The notes under the pieces were generated by a model. That model did not search any database, had not been told where the DNA came from, and saw nothing but the letters and a program-made list of their open reading frames with translations. A stretch of DNA of 32,000 bases from Wolbachia endosymbiont of Drosophila innubila (GTDB taxonomy: Bacteria; Pseudomonadota; Alphaproteobacteria; Rickettsiales; Anaplasmataceae), in contig NZ_CP076228.1 in assembly GCF_021378375.1 (NCBI RefSeq), forward strand, positions 300,001 through 332,000, in the 5' to 3' direction. This document shows, piece after piece, positions 19,372 to 29,481 of the stretch. The stretch's first letter is position 1, and every line of letters begins with the position of its first letter. The position numbers were made by a program, and so were the translations under genes.

Positions 19372-20634
19372 TCACCAATCAACTTTTCTGTCTTTGGCTT
19401 TAATTTGAAGCACAGATATTAGGCTAATTAATGCGCAGGCAGTAAGATAAATGCCTGCTGCAAGTTTTGTTTCGGTTTTTTCTATAAGCCACATGCATAT
19501 GTATGGAGAAAGGCCACCAAAAATTCCTGCAGATATATTATTTGCTAAGCTTACGCCAGTGCATCTTACTTTTGTTGGAAACAGTTCACAAATAACAGAA
19601 CCATATATTCCAAAAGATGCACCTACTGGTATAGTAATCAATAAGTAAGTTATTATTACGACATAGTGGTTAACGGAAGATAATAATGGTAATACACATG
19701 TACCAATCAGAGATAGCATAATCAGTACAGGAATCATTACGCGTTTTCTTCCAACTTTATCAGATAAAATTGCAAAAAGTACCGCAGATGCTGCAAATAC
19801 AACCTGTATTACTATCCTCATTAAATCTTTAACACTAATAGATAAAATAACTAGCTCTTTTATTGATATATTATAAAACATTATTGCTGCGTAGACAATT
19901 GCATTCTGAGCAATTCCCAGATTGATTGAAATAATAAGCGGTCTTTTATAGTTTCTTACTAGTTCTAACAATGGTGAATGTGCTAAATTATTAGCGTACT
20001 TATTAGTTTTATATGCTAAGCTTTCTTTTAATATGTACCTAGTTAAAAAACCTATTGTCCCCCAAAAAAAGCAAAAATAAAAAAGCAACTTCCATCCCCA
20101 TATTTCATAGTTCTCACCTGTAACTCTTTTGCAGATAAATATCATTGTTATGCATAAGAGCGTTCCAAGGGCTCCGCTAAAGGGCTTCATACTTCCTAAG
20201 AAACCTAGATTTTTTTTATCTTTTGAATGCTCTATCGTAAATGCTGTATTAATGCTTGTTTCACCTCCTGCAGTTATTCCTTGCACTATTCTACAAAACA
20301 CAAGCAATACAGGTGAAAGCAACCCTATTTCTTTATACCCAGGTATAATTCCCATAATTGTGGATGATATTGAAATTAATATTACTGAAGTAAGTAAAGT
20401 CTTTCTTCTGCCATACTTATCTCCCATATAACCAAAAATTACTGCACCAATTGGTCTAAACGAAAAACCAATTGCAAAAACACCAAGGAATTTGAGTGTA
20501 CTCAAATAATGATCTTCTGATGGGAAAAAAACGTTGATGATTGTATCTGTTAATACTCCAAAAAGAGTGAGTTCATACCACACAATCATGTTACAGATCA
20601 TGCCCGATAGTATTGCTTTTTGGATATTATTCAT
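19372..20634 (-). CDS. MFS transporter, proline/betaine (ProP)-like metabolite:H+ symporter
   Basis: 420 aa, GFSFRPIGAVIFGYMGDKYGRRKTLLTSV, CRIVQGITAGGE, FAILSDKVGRKRVM; 12 TM pattern. Confidence 0.88.
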   Translation of the reverse strand: MNNIQKAILSGMICNMIVWYELTLFGVLTDTIINVFFPSEDHYLSTLKFLGVFAIGFSFRPIGAVIFGYMGDKYGRRKTLLTSVILISISSTIMGIIPGYKEIGLLSPVLLVFCRIVQGITAGGETSINTAFTIEHSKDKKNLGFLGSMKPFSGALGTLLCITMIFICKRVTGENYEIWGWKLLFYFCFFWGTIGFLTRYILKESLAYKTNKYANNLAHSPLLELVRNYKRPLIISINLGIAQNAIVYAAIMFYNISIKELVILSISVKDLMRIVIQVVFAASAVLFAILSDKVGRKRVMIPVLIMLSLIGTCVLPLLSSVNHYVVIITYLLITIPVGASFGIYGSVICELFPTKVRCTGVSLANNISAGIFGGLSPYICMWLIEKTETKLAAGIYLTACALISLISVLQIKAKDRKVDW

Positions 20635-20695
20635 GGTCTTTCAATTTAACATAACCTAATATATCATTAACCGGTGCTCCTTGCTATAAAATTTT

Positions 20696-22498
20696 TCATT
20701 CAATAACCTTCAAGGATAATTCACGTAAATGCTTATCCTCCACCTTGGAAGGAGCACCCATTAGAACATCTTCACCTTGCTGGTTCATAGGAAAACAGAT
20801 TACTTCACGAATATTTGGCTCATCAGCAAGCAGCATAACTATTCTATCAACTCCTGGTGCTATTCCACCATGAGGAGGAACACCAAATCTGAATGCACGT
20901 ACAAGTGCACCGAATCTTGTATCAACTTCTCCCCGGCTATAACCTGCAATGGCAAAAGCTTTATACATGATATCCAGTTTGTTATTACGAATCGCCCCAC
21001 TTGACAGTTCTATTCCATTGCAAACAAGATCATATTGGTAAGCAAGGATATCCAGTGGATTTTTGTCCTCTAAATCTTTCAGACCACCGTGTGGCATGGA
21101 GAATGGGTTATGAAAGAAATCGATTTTTTTACTTTTATCGTCATATACAAAATATGGAAAATCAATGATCCAACAAAACTTGAAGATATTATCATCTATA
21201 AGACTGAGTTCTGACCCTAAAAGAGTGCGTACTTTTCCTGCAATGTTTGCCGCCTCATTCTCTTTGTCAGAAGCAAAAAATACACTATCTCCTGGCTCTA
21301 TGTTTGTTGCTTCTCTTATGTGGTTTAGCCTATTTTCATCAAGAAATTTAGCAATTGGGCCTTTCGCAGTTCCACCTTTATCAAACGTTATATATCCGAG
21401 ACCCTTAGCACCGAATTCTTTTTGCGCATGTTCTATCTTTTTATCAAAGAAGCTGCGTGGTTCCTCTGCTGTTTTAGGTGCAGGGATGGCTCTCACTACC
21501 ATACCACGCTCAATATTGCTTTTGAAAATATTGAACCCTGAATCACGAAAAATTTCTGTAACATCGCTGATTAATAGTGGATTACGCAAATCTGGCTTGT
21601 CAGAACCATACTTAAGCATTGCCTCTTTGTATGTAATGCGTGGAAAATCTTTATCGACAGACTTGCGAGAAAATTTAGCAAACACTCTATATAAGGTAGA
21701 CTCAATAATCTGAAAGATGTCTTCTTGAGTTACAAAAGACATTTCAAGATCTAGCTGATAAAACTCTCCCGGAGAACGGTCAGCCCTTGCGTCTTCATCA
21801 CGAAAACACGGTGCAATTTGGAAATATTTATCAAACCCTGAAACCATGAGCAACTGTTTGAAAATCTGCGGAGCTTGTGGCAATGCATAGAACTTGCCAG
21901 GATTTAGCCTGCTTGGCACTAGGTAGTCGCGTGCTCCTTCAGGAGAGGAAGCAGTGAGTATTGGAGTTTGAATCTCTAAAAATCCTCGCTCTATCATGAG
22001 CTTGCGGAGCTCTGCAATAATTTGTGAGCGCAAAATAATATTGTTGCGGACTTTTTCACGTCTTAAGTCAAGAAATCGATATTTAAATCTCATGTTTTCT
22101 GGGTATTCTTGCTCGCCGGTAATGCTTGCCAATATACTTCTTTCTTCTTTTGCTATTTCTTCATCAAAGTGGAACTCAACTTCCGACTCAACGCGCAAAT
22201 TGTTGACTATCACCTCGATTTCTCCGGTAGAAATAGAGCTGTTTACCGTATCTTCAGTTCTAGCTTCAACTATTCCTGTAACAGTAATTACACTCTCCAA
22301 TTTTAAATTTGATATCTCATCAAAAAAGTCTTTGTCATTATTAAATACTAGCTGAGTGATTCCGTAGAAGTCTCTTAAATCAACAAAAATTAGGTTACCA
22401 TGGTCGCGCTTACGATATAACCATCCAGAAAGGGTAACTTCCTTTTCTACATCATTCTTTCTTAATTCTTCACACGTGTGAGTCTTGTAGCAGTTCAT
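20696..22498 (-). CDS. aspS: Aspartate--tRNA ligase
   Basis: [54 protein letters not shown]. The track start at 22561 adds 21 atypical residues; [13 protein letters not shown] at 22498 looks like the natural start. Confidence 0.96.
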   Translation of the reverse strand: MNCYKTHTCEELRKNDVEKEVTLSGWLYRKRDHGNLIFVDLRDFYGITQLVFNNDKDFFDEISNLKLESVITVTGIVEARTEDTVNSSISTGEIEVIVNNLRVESEVEFHFDEEIAKEERSILASITGEQEYPENMRFKYRFLDLRREKVRNNIILRSQIIAELRKLMIERGFLEIQTPILTASSPEGARDYLVPSRLNPGKFYALPQAPQIFKQLLMVSGFDKYFQIAPCFRDEDARADRSPGEFYQLDLEMSFVTQEDIFQIIESTLYRVFAKFSRKSVDKDFPRITYKEAMLKYGSDKPDLRNPLLISDVTEIFRDSGFNIFKSNIERGMVVRAIPAPKTAEEPRSFFDKKIEHAQKEFGAKGLGYITFDKGGTAKGPIAKFLDENRLNHIREATNIEPGDSVFFASDKENEAANIAGKVRTLLGSELSLIDDNIFKFCWIIDFPYFVYDDKSKKIDFFHNPFSMPHGGLKDLEDKNPLDILAYQYDLVCNGIELSSGAIRNNKLDIMYKAFAIAGYSRGEVDTRFGALVRAFRFGVPPHGGIAPGVDRIVMLLADEPNIREVICFPMNQQGEDVLMGAPSKVEDKHLRELSLKVIE

Positions 22499-22688
22499 AT
22501 TTGTTTCACTTCTAAATTCTTTAAAAAGTATAGAAATAAACCTTACCACATACAAGCCCATTCGTCAGATATTTGTCCAGTTTACGAAATAGAGCAGTAT
22601 TACTTTTATACTGTCTTTACTCACACAAAAATTGCACAATTTCTATAATTATGGTATAATATGATGTGGCGTAAGCTGAGTACAGAAA

Positions 22689-23120
22689 ATGTCTTTCGGA
22701 CAAATTATTATATATAGTATAGCATTACTTGCTATAGTCAAAGTATTTCTCTTTTTGAGAAAAATATACAAAAATCGCATTAGAAAAATCATATTTCCTA
22801 GAAAAGTTTTTAAAGAAGAGTGGGAAGAAGACAGAAAATTCAATGAATTATATCAAAAAAATAAGCAAAAAGAGTTGATGAAACAACAGGAAATACTGCG
22901 TGAGAAGCAAAAAGATGTGCAAGTTTATAAAGAAGATCCAGAAATAGTTGACATAGCAAAACCGGTAGGTAAATGGACAAAGATGGTTATGATGGGTAAT
23001 GGTTTAATGCAGCGTTTTGCACAATTGATACATAGAGAAGGCGGACAGAAAGGATTTTGGGAGCTGTTTGTAAAAGCTCAGGCTTCAACTCAAGGTAAAC
23101 ATAAGGGAAAGGGCAGATAA
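22689..23120 (+). CDS. Small membrane-anchored hypothetical protein upstream of ccmA
   Basis: 143 aa: N-terminal hydrophobic helix (IIIYSIALLAIVKVFLFL), then a very basic, charged region; only 3 bp before the ccmA start. Confidence 0.8.
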   Translation: MSFGQIIIYSIALLAIVKVFLFLRKIYKNRIRKIIFPRKVFKEEWEEDRKFNELYQKNKQKELMKQQEILREKQKDVQVYKEDPEIVDIAKPVGKWTKMVMMGNGLMQRFAQLIHREGGQKGFWELFVKAQASTQGKHKGKGR

Positions 23121-23123
23121 TCC

Positions 23124-23747
23124 ATGCTTGAATGTGAAAATTTATCCTGCACTCGTAATAATAAGGTACTATTTAAGAATCTCAGTTTTAAAGCTGAGCT
23201 AAAATCAAAGATTCTAATCACTGGTCCAAATGGTAGTGGTAAAACCAGCTTAATTAGAAGTTTATCTGGACTTTTACCGCCGGTATCAGGCAATATAAGG
23301 CACTGCGGAAAAGATATATATGATGATCCAAAATCCTATATATCTTCTATGGTCTATATAGGCCATAAGAATGCCTGTAAAGATAGCTTAACTGTTGCTC
23401 AAAACGTAGAATTCTGGGCAGGAATACGAAATACTAGAGAATTGATTGTGGCAGCTATTTGTTGCTTGCAGTTGCAACCTGTACTTAATATTAGATATGG
23501 CGAACTTTCTGCAGGCTGGAAAAGGAGAGTTGCGCTTGCTCGCCTCTTGATTTCTAATGCAAACGTTTGGCTGATAGATGAACCATTTTGTAATCTTGAT
23601 AGTGCAACGTGTGAATTAGTGCTGAACCTAATCTCAATACGCTCTGAGCAAAATGGTATAGTAATTATTACAGGGCATAGCTCTACAGAGCAATTGTGTG
23701 ATTTTACAACGATTGATATACGTAATTTCAATAGACTTCTTGTATAG
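23124..23747 (+). CDS. ccmA: Cytochrome c biogenesis ATP-binding protein CcmA
   Basis: 207 aa ABC ATPase: GPNGSGKTSLIRSLSGLLPP, YIGHKNACKDSLTVAQNVEFWA, LSAGWKRRVALARLL, WLIDEPFCNLD. Confidence 0.92.
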   Translation: MLECENLSCTRNNKVLFKNLSFKAELKSKILITGPNGSGKTSLIRSLSGLLPPVSGNIRHCGKDIYDDPKSYISSMVYIGHKNACKDSLTVAQNVEFWAGIRNTRELIVAAICCLQLQPVLNIRYGELSAGWKRRVALARLLISNANVWLIDEPFCNLDSATCELVLNLISIRSEQNGIVIITGHSSTEQLCDFTTIDIRNFNRLLV

Positions 23748-23781
23748 TTTTTGGCAACAACCGCTAGAAATAAAAAACTTG

Positions 23782-24234
23782 CTTGACAAACTCCGCCAGC
23801 CCCCTTATCATAAACACTGAAGCTATTTATTTATCTTCTCTGTACAGATTAAATGACAAAAAAACTCACGTATCTGGCGTCTCATGTTTAATTTTTTGCA
23901 CTATGTGCACCTTATGTCTTTATCAAACTTCTACCTACATAAGCTGAAACGCGCTTATAAAGCGTCTAAAACATAAAAAAACGCCAACTTAAAAAATGGA
24001 TAGTGAATAACTAGCTACCCTAGGGTTTCTTTTGCCTTTTTTTCTGTTTAGTAAATTTCTTAAACATTTATAGCTAAGGTTAGTTGCATTTAAAAGCAGC
24101 TGAATCGCGGTTATTAAGCGTTTAGAATAAAAAAACGCCATACTTGAAAGTATAATATAAGTAATTAGCCAACTACGGGGCTTCTTTTGCCTTTTTTTCT
24201 GTTTAGTAAATTTCTTAAATATTTATAGCTAAAC
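23782..24234. repeat. Intergenic repeat family, copy A (about 450 bp; approximate end)
   Basis: Begins CTTGACAAACTCCGCCAGCCCCCTTATCATAAA; shares order and sequence with copies at 26211 and 31843. Contains an internal approximate tandem duplication (motif TTTTGCCTTTTTTTCTGTTTAGTAAATTTCTTAAA). Confidence 0.85.
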
Positions 24235-24477
24235 GACAACCGTCATCCCGCTGCTTGTTAGCGGGATCTAGAGATACCGCGAATGAATCGCGGTATGACG
24301 GTTCGCGGTGGCATGACGATAAGCTCGTCATCCCGCTGCTTGTTAGCGGCTAAGGGATACCGCGAAGGGATACCGCGAAGGGATACTGCGAATGAATCGC
24401 GGTATGACGGTTAATTATTCTGCGGCGGTATGACGTAGAGCTCGCGTTAGCTATACTTTTATACTCACCAACTCAGT
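24235..24477. repeat. Composite palindromic repeat block including a 13-bp x3 tandem (24355-24393)
   Basis: CCGTCATCCCGCTGCTTGTTAGCGGGAT..., GGATACCGCGAAG x2 plus GGATACTGCGAAT; inverted partner at 18156-18280. Confidence 0.92.
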
Positions 24478-24879
24478 ATCCAATCTGGATCCAAGTAGTC
24501 AGCTACTTGGATGACAACCTGTTGAGGCTGCGCTTACACATTCCACTTTCTATGCTCACCAAACAAATTTGCTTACTCGCAGCAAAATTTTCTGGATCCA
24601 AGTAGTCAGCTACTCGGATGACATCTTTGTGTTTGAGGCAAAACCAGCTATAACATTTCTTCGCAAACAAATGTTCGTACAGTTGTGCGCGTGATGCTGG
24701 AATCTAGACAACAATTAGATCCTATTGTCAAGCAATAAGCTACATGTGCTATTTATTTAGTAGATTAAATATGAAGTTTAAAACTCTGCTATTGACTTCC
24801 TGTAGAACTAGTGAAAACCAAACTTGCTTAAAACCACTTAATTAGTTATAGTTATAGTTATAAGTTTAGGTACAGTAAA

Positions 24880-26175
24880 ATGACAGCTTTTGTCCCCTTG
24901 ATTATTTTTTTAATCTTGTATCTTGGAAGTGGTGCTTATTTTTCTTTTATCGGAACTGATAATCCACTTCATCAGGTTTCACCAGTAATCTGCTTATTAC
25001 CAGCACTATTTTTTGCTGTCTCACGTGGTACAAATAAAATTCAGCATAACATCGATACTGTTATCAAGGGCATGGGTGACAAAAACACCCTTACTATGTG
25101 TTTAATTTTTTTATTTTCTGGAGCATTTTCTGCGGTGACTCAATCAATCGGTAGCGCAGACACTGTTGCTAATTTAATTCTTAATTTCCTTCCAGCGAGA
25201 TTACTGCTGCCTGGAGTATTTTTGGCTTCTGCTTTTATTTCAACTGCAATTGGCACATCTATGGGAGTTGTTGCGCTGATGGTACCTATAGCTGTTAATC
25301 TGGCAAAAAGTGGAGCTTTTGGTCTCGAAATAGGAACTGCAACTGTAGTAGGTGGTGCCGTGTTTGGCGATAACCTTTCGATGATATCTGATACCACCAT
25401 TGCATCTGTTTCTTCACAGGAAGCTTCAGCAAAAGATAAACTTAAAATAAACTCTAAAGTTGCACTTATTGCCAGCATTATAACACTCATCTACCTAGCA
25501 GTTGCCTCAAATAGTACAAAAATTATTTCTATATCAAATTTAGATTATTATTCTATAATAAAAATTATTCCTTACATTTCTTTAATAATCATGGGGCTGC
25601 TTGAAGTCGCCACTTTAGTAACAATAACTATAAACATAATTATTGCTGGTGTGCTAGGAATAACTTTTTTTGACTATGCTATCATTCAATTTCCTCATGA
25701 CGTGTATGACGGTTTCACAAAAGTAAACGAAATAGTGATATTTGCTCTATTTATCGGTGGATTGAGCCATATAATGTACAAGCAAGGTCAAAAAGCGTTG
25801 CATAAACTCATCGATGAAAGCAATATCACAAAAACTAAAGCTGAATTTGTGATAGCAGGAATTGCGTCTATGTTTACTACCTTAGTTGCCAATAATACCA
25901 TTGCTATTTTACTAAGTGGTGGCATTGCAAAAAGGCTTGCACAAAAACACAGTATTGCGCCACATCGCAGCGCATACTTATTAGATGTTTTTGCTTGTGC
26001 TACAAAAGGTATCTTACCTTATGGTTCCCAACTATTGCTAGCAGGTAGCATCGCCTCTGTATCACCTATTTCTTTATTAACACAGGTATATTATTGCTTT
26101 ATTCTAGTGGCAGTTACAATAGGCGAAATAATCATCAACAGCAGAAAAGAGAAACATTGTGCGGCTGCAACTTAG
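24880..26175 (+). CDS. Na+/H+ antiporter, NhaC-like family
   Basis: 431 aa polytopic protein with GTSMGVVALMVPIAVNLA, VVGGAVFGDNLSMISDTTIAS, VANNTIAILLSGG. Confidence 0.85.
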   Translation: MTAFVPLIIFLILYLGSGAYFSFIGTDNPLHQVSPVICLLPALFFAVSRGTNKIQHNIDTVIKGMGDKNTLTMCLIFLFSGAFSAVTQSIGSADTVANLILNFLPARLLLPGVFLASAFISTAIGTSMGVVALMVPIAVNLAKSGAFGLEIGTATVVGGAVFGDNLSMISDTTIASVSSQEASAKDKLKINSKVALIASIITLIYLAVASNSTKIISISNLDYYSIIKIIPYISLIIMGLLEVATLVTITINIIIAGVLGITFFDYAIIQFPHDVYDGFTKVNEIVIFALFIGGLSHIMYKQGQKALHKLIDESNITKTKAEFVIAGIASMFTTLVANNTIAILLSGGIAKRLAQKHSIAPHRSAYLLDVFACATKGILPYGSQLLLAGSIASVSPISLLTQVYYCFILVAVTIGEIIINSRKEKHCAAAT

Positions 26176-26210
26176 AGTTTCTCTTTTTTTACCCATAAGG
26201 AACGGAATTA

Positions 26211-26660
26211 CTTGACACCCTTCGCCAACCCCCTTATCATGAAACTGAAGCTATTTATTTATCTTCGCAATCTGTGCAGGTTAATGACAAAAAACTTAGG
26301 GTATTTGGCGTCTCATGTTTAATTTTTCGCACTACGTGCATCGCATGTCTTTAAAAATTTCTGGGTTTTTACCTATATAAGCCGAAACGCGCTTACAAAG
26401 CGTTTAAGACAGCAAAAAACGTCAAATTGACAAGGGAGAATTTGAATGCTAGCTACTACGGGGTTTCTTTGCCTTTTTTCCTGCTTAGTAAATTTCTTAA
26501 ACACTTGCGGTGTAGGTTAGTTGCAAGTTAAAAGCAGCTAAATCGCTCTTAATCAAGCGTTTTAGAATAAAAAAAACGCCGATATTTTAGTACATAGTAA
26601 ATAGCCAACCACCATGGGGCTTCTTTTGCCTTTTTTTTCATTTGGTAAATTTCTTAAACA
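26211..26660. repeat. Intergenic repeat family, copy B (approximate end)
   Basis: CTTGACACCCTTCGCCAACCCCCTTATCATGAAACTGAAGCTATTTATTTATCTTC..., collinear with copy A at 23782, also with the internal approximate tandem. Confidence 0.83.
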
Positions 26661-26874
26661 TTTATAGTTGCAATTTAAGAGCCCGTAAAGGGTGTCATTC
26701 CAGTGCCCCTGTGATGTATTCCAGTGCTTGACACTGGAATACAGTTTTCCATATAATCTCATCGAAAATGTTGTAACCACTTTCCATGCTAGTTTGCTTG
26801 TTCACAAGCAAACTTTTCTGGATCCCAGTGTCTGGGCACTGGGATGACAAGAGAAGGTACTAGCCTGACACCCT

Positions 26875-26910
26875 GACAACCGTCATCCCGCTGCTTGTTA
26901 GCGGGATCTA
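26875..26910. repeat. Truncated copy of the 84-bp palindromic block
   Basis: GACAACCGTCATCCCGCTGCTTGTTAGCGGGATCTA is identical to the first 36 bp of 24235-24318, then diverges. Confidence 0.9.
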
Positions 26911-27069
26911 TGCTAATGCCCTTTTATTCTTTCAATTATGTTATTTCCATTTAAATCTGTCTGTTCCGCAACTTCAGTGAATACAGTTGAATACTCCCTA
27001 AAACTGATCGTCATAACTTTACCCTACTTTGAATAATATTTTGATCATTACATATTGTAACAAAAAAAA

Positions 27070-27158
27070 TCAACTCATTTCTTCTAACGGCTCTATATTA
27101 AAGATAGAAAGTCCAGAAGCAATGACGTGTGCTAAGGCTTGGACAAGTTGCAGCGGTG
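27070..27158 (-). pseudogene. Duplicated 3' end fragment of argS
   Basis: Minus-strand translation ...[25 protein letters not shown] is identical over 25 residues to the intact ArgRS C-terminus encoded at 27775 onward. Confidence 0.9.
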
Positions 27159-27175
27159 AGATCTTTCTTATATCT

Positions 27176-27478
27176 TTAATTGTGTAATCTTCTGTGTTTG
27201 TAAATGTTTTTTCTATACCCCACTGCAGTAATAAGTACTTTACGTTCTGAATGATTTATGATGTAAATTATACGGTAGTTGCTAACCCTTATCCTATATT
27301 GCCCTCTAAAGCTATGACATAAAGGCTTTCCTAGATTAAAAGGATCAACTGTAAGGCGTTTCTTTATGGCCTCCTGAACCATTAATTTAATCTTTGCCGG
27401 AAGAGCTGGAATTTCTTTTTCAATAACATTTTTTAAGAATTTTATAGTGTAAGTTTTATTTCCAGATGTTTTCATCAT
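27176..27478 (-). CDS. Type II toxin, RelE/ParE superfamily
   Basis: 100 aa: NVIEKEIPALPAKIKLMVQEAIKKRLTVDPFNLGKPLCHSFRGQYRIRVSNYRIIYIINHSERKVLITAVGYRKNIYK, typical RelE fold pattern. Confidence 0.88.
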   Translation of the reverse strand: MMKTSGNKTYTIKFLKNVIEKEIPALPAKIKLMVQEAIKKRLTVDPFNLGKPLCHSFRGQYRIRVSNYRIIYIINHSERKVLITAVGYRKNIYKHRRLHN

Positions 27479-27680
27479 CCTCTACTTCTTCTTCACCTTC
27501 AGAGAGGCGATCGTCAGCTATTTTGGATAGCTCTACATCTTCTTCGAACTCTTCTTCCACTAAATCTACTAAAACTTCAGGAATAGTTTTATTTTGAGTC
27601 TCTGCCATTTCTGTAAGATACTGAGCCAATTTACTGTCAAAACTTACATTAACATTGAGCTTTTTTTGACTGTGAGCCAT
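27456..27680 (-). CDS. Putative antitoxin paired with the RelE-like toxin
   Basis: 74 aa: short N-terminal DNA-binding-like segment (KLNVNVSFDSKLAQYLTEMAETQNKTIPEVLVDLVEEEF) and acidic C-terminus; overlaps the toxin start by 23 bp on the same strand. Confidence 0.82.
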   Translation of the reverse strand: MAHSQKKLNVNVSFDSKLAQYLTEMAETQNKTIPEVLVDLVEEEFEEDVELSKIADDRLSEGEEEVEDDENIWK

Positions 27681-27774
27681 ATATTAACCAGAAAATACTA
27701 CTATAAACTATAACATTTTTACTTAATTTTGTCAACTTCTCTATTCGTTGAAAAAACAATCTTGCATAAAAAAA

Positions 27775-29481
27775 TCAACTCATCTCTTCCAAAGGCTCTA
27801 TATTGAAGATAGAAAGTCCAGAAGCGATGACGTGTGCTAAGGCCTGCACGAGAAACATTCTTGCAGCGGTGAGGTTTAAGTTGTCTTCCAGTATGAAACG
27901 CATGTTTAAATCACTCTTGCCATACCCCCATAAAACGTGAAACGCTTCTGCAACTTCAAGTAAGTAGAAAGTAATTCTGTGTGGCTCACAAAGCCTTGCT
28001 GCAATTTCTACCACATCTGGCCACTTTGCTAAGGTTTTTATGAGGAAGAGCTCTCCACCTGTCCTTAAAAGTGAAGGATCTGCTGTTGGGAGCTCTTTTG
28101 GAGCATTACGCATTAACGAATGAGCACGAGCATGCGCATATTGCACGTAAAAAATAGGGTTGTCTTTTGACTGTTCTTTAACTTTAGCAAAATCAAAGTC
28201 CAAGACCATATCATTCTTGCGTGTTAGCATTATAAAACGAGTTATGTCCCTGCCAACTTCTTCCACTACATCTCTTGCTGTTAGGAAGTTTCCTGATCTT
28301 TTGGACATCTTAACAGGTTTGCCGTTCTCGAAAAAATTCACAATATTATGCAGTTTTACCTCTATTTTTGCTTGATCATCACTGAGCGCAGAGACGACTG
28401 CTTTGAGTCTTTTGACATAACCGCCGTGGTCACTACCAAGCTCTACGATCATATTGTTAAAACCACGCGATATCTTATCAAAATGGTAAGCGATATCCGA
28501 GGCAAAATAAGTCCAACTGCCGTCCTCTTTCTTCAATGCACGGTCAACGTCATCACCAAATTTTGTAGAGCGAAATAGCATCTCTTTTCTGGAAGTCCAA
28601 TTTTCGCTTTCTTTGCCTTTTGGTTTCTCCAGGTACCCTTCATACACTAGACCCTTGTCAGACAATATCTTTATACTCTCTTCAATTTTGCCACTTTTTT
28701 GTAGCTCATACTCTGAAGTAAAAACATCATGATTTACTCCAAGTAAGTTCATGTCTTCCTTTATGATCTCTAAGATAGAACTTAAAGCATAGTCTCTAAT
28801 CACTTGATTATCTTGCTTTTCTAGAAGCTCTGCGCCATATTTTTTGGCCAGCCCAGTCCCTATTGGTTTTAAATATTCACCTGGGTATAAACCTTTTTCG
28901 ATGCTGATTTTTTCTCCCAGAGCTTCCTTATACCGCAAATATACTGACCGAATTAGCGTATCTATCTGCGCTCCAGCATCATTAATATAGTATTCCTTAG
29001 TAACTTTATAACCAACTTTTTTCAATAAATTTGCCAGAACGTCACCAAATACTGCCCCTCTTGCATGACCAATATGCAGTGGACCAGTTGGATTTGCAGA
29101 TACAAATTCAACATTAATGGCCTGATTGTTCCCTATATCTAGGGTGCCAAACTCTGTTTTTAGCTCATTTATTTGTTTTAAAATTCCATGCCACACTTCT
29201 ATTTTTAAGTGCATGTTGATGAAACCAGAGCCTGCTATTTCCACTTTTGCAACTTCATCAAAAAGTTCAAATTCTTTGGCTAAAACCTCTGCAATTTCAA
29301 TGGGATTCTTCTTTGCATGCTTTGCAAGCACCATAGCAACATTTGTGTAAATGTCTCCATGGACTCTATTGCTTGGAGGCTCTATGATAAAGTTTGCTGC
29401 ACTTGTGCTTATAACACCCCTTTGTTTCAACTCATTCAATTTACTAAAGATTAGAGAGGAAATCTGCTTAAAAATGTTCAT
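27775..29481 (-). CDS. argS: Arginine--tRNA ligase
   Basis: 568 aa with [68 protein letters not shown]-type C-terminus. Confidence 0.97.
   Translation of the reverse strand: MNIFKQISSLIFSKLNELKQRGVISTSAANFIIEPPSNRVHGDIYTNVAMVLAKHAKKNPIEIAEVLAKEFELFDEVAKVEIAGSGFINMHLKIEVWHGILKQINELKTEFGTLDIGNNQAINVEFVSANPTGPLHIGHARGAVFGDVLANLLKKVGYKVTKEYYINDAGAQIDTLIRSVYLRYKEALGEKISIEKGLYPGEYLKPIGTGLAKKYGAELLEKQDNQVIRDYALSSILEIIKEDMNLLGVNHDVFTSEYELQKSGKIEESIKILSDKGLVYEGYLEKPKGKESENWTSRKEMLFRSTKFGDDVDRALKKEDGSWTYFASDIAYHFDKISRGFNNMIVELGSDHGGYVKRLKAVVSALSDDQAKIEVKLHNIVNFFENGKPVKMSKRSGNFLTARDVVEEVGRDITRFIMLTRKNDMVLDFDFAKVKEQSKDNPIFYVQYAHARAHSLMRNAPKELPTADPSLLRTGGELFLIKTLAKWPDVVEIAARLCEPHRITFYLLEVAEAFHVLWGYGKSDLNMRFILEDNLNLTAARMFLVQALAHVIASGLSIFNIEPLEEMS

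Noticed and set aside
21165-21713. 182-aa plus-strand ORF inside aspS
   Set aside because: Antisense to strong AspRS coding sequence; open frame explained by codon composition.
22499-22561. Extended aspS N-terminus ([21 protein letters not shown])
   Set aside because: Atypical for AspRS; [13 protein letters not shown] at 22498 is the better start.
24235-24477. Possible CRISPR array because of regularly repeated palindromic units
   Set aside because: Units are adjacent or nested, no uniform unique spacers, and no cas genes; fits dispersed palindromic elements instead.
26562-26780. 72-aa minus-strand ORF in the repeat-rich region
   Set aside because: Lies across copy B of the intergenic repeat and a palindromic element; poly-T derived hydrophobic tail.
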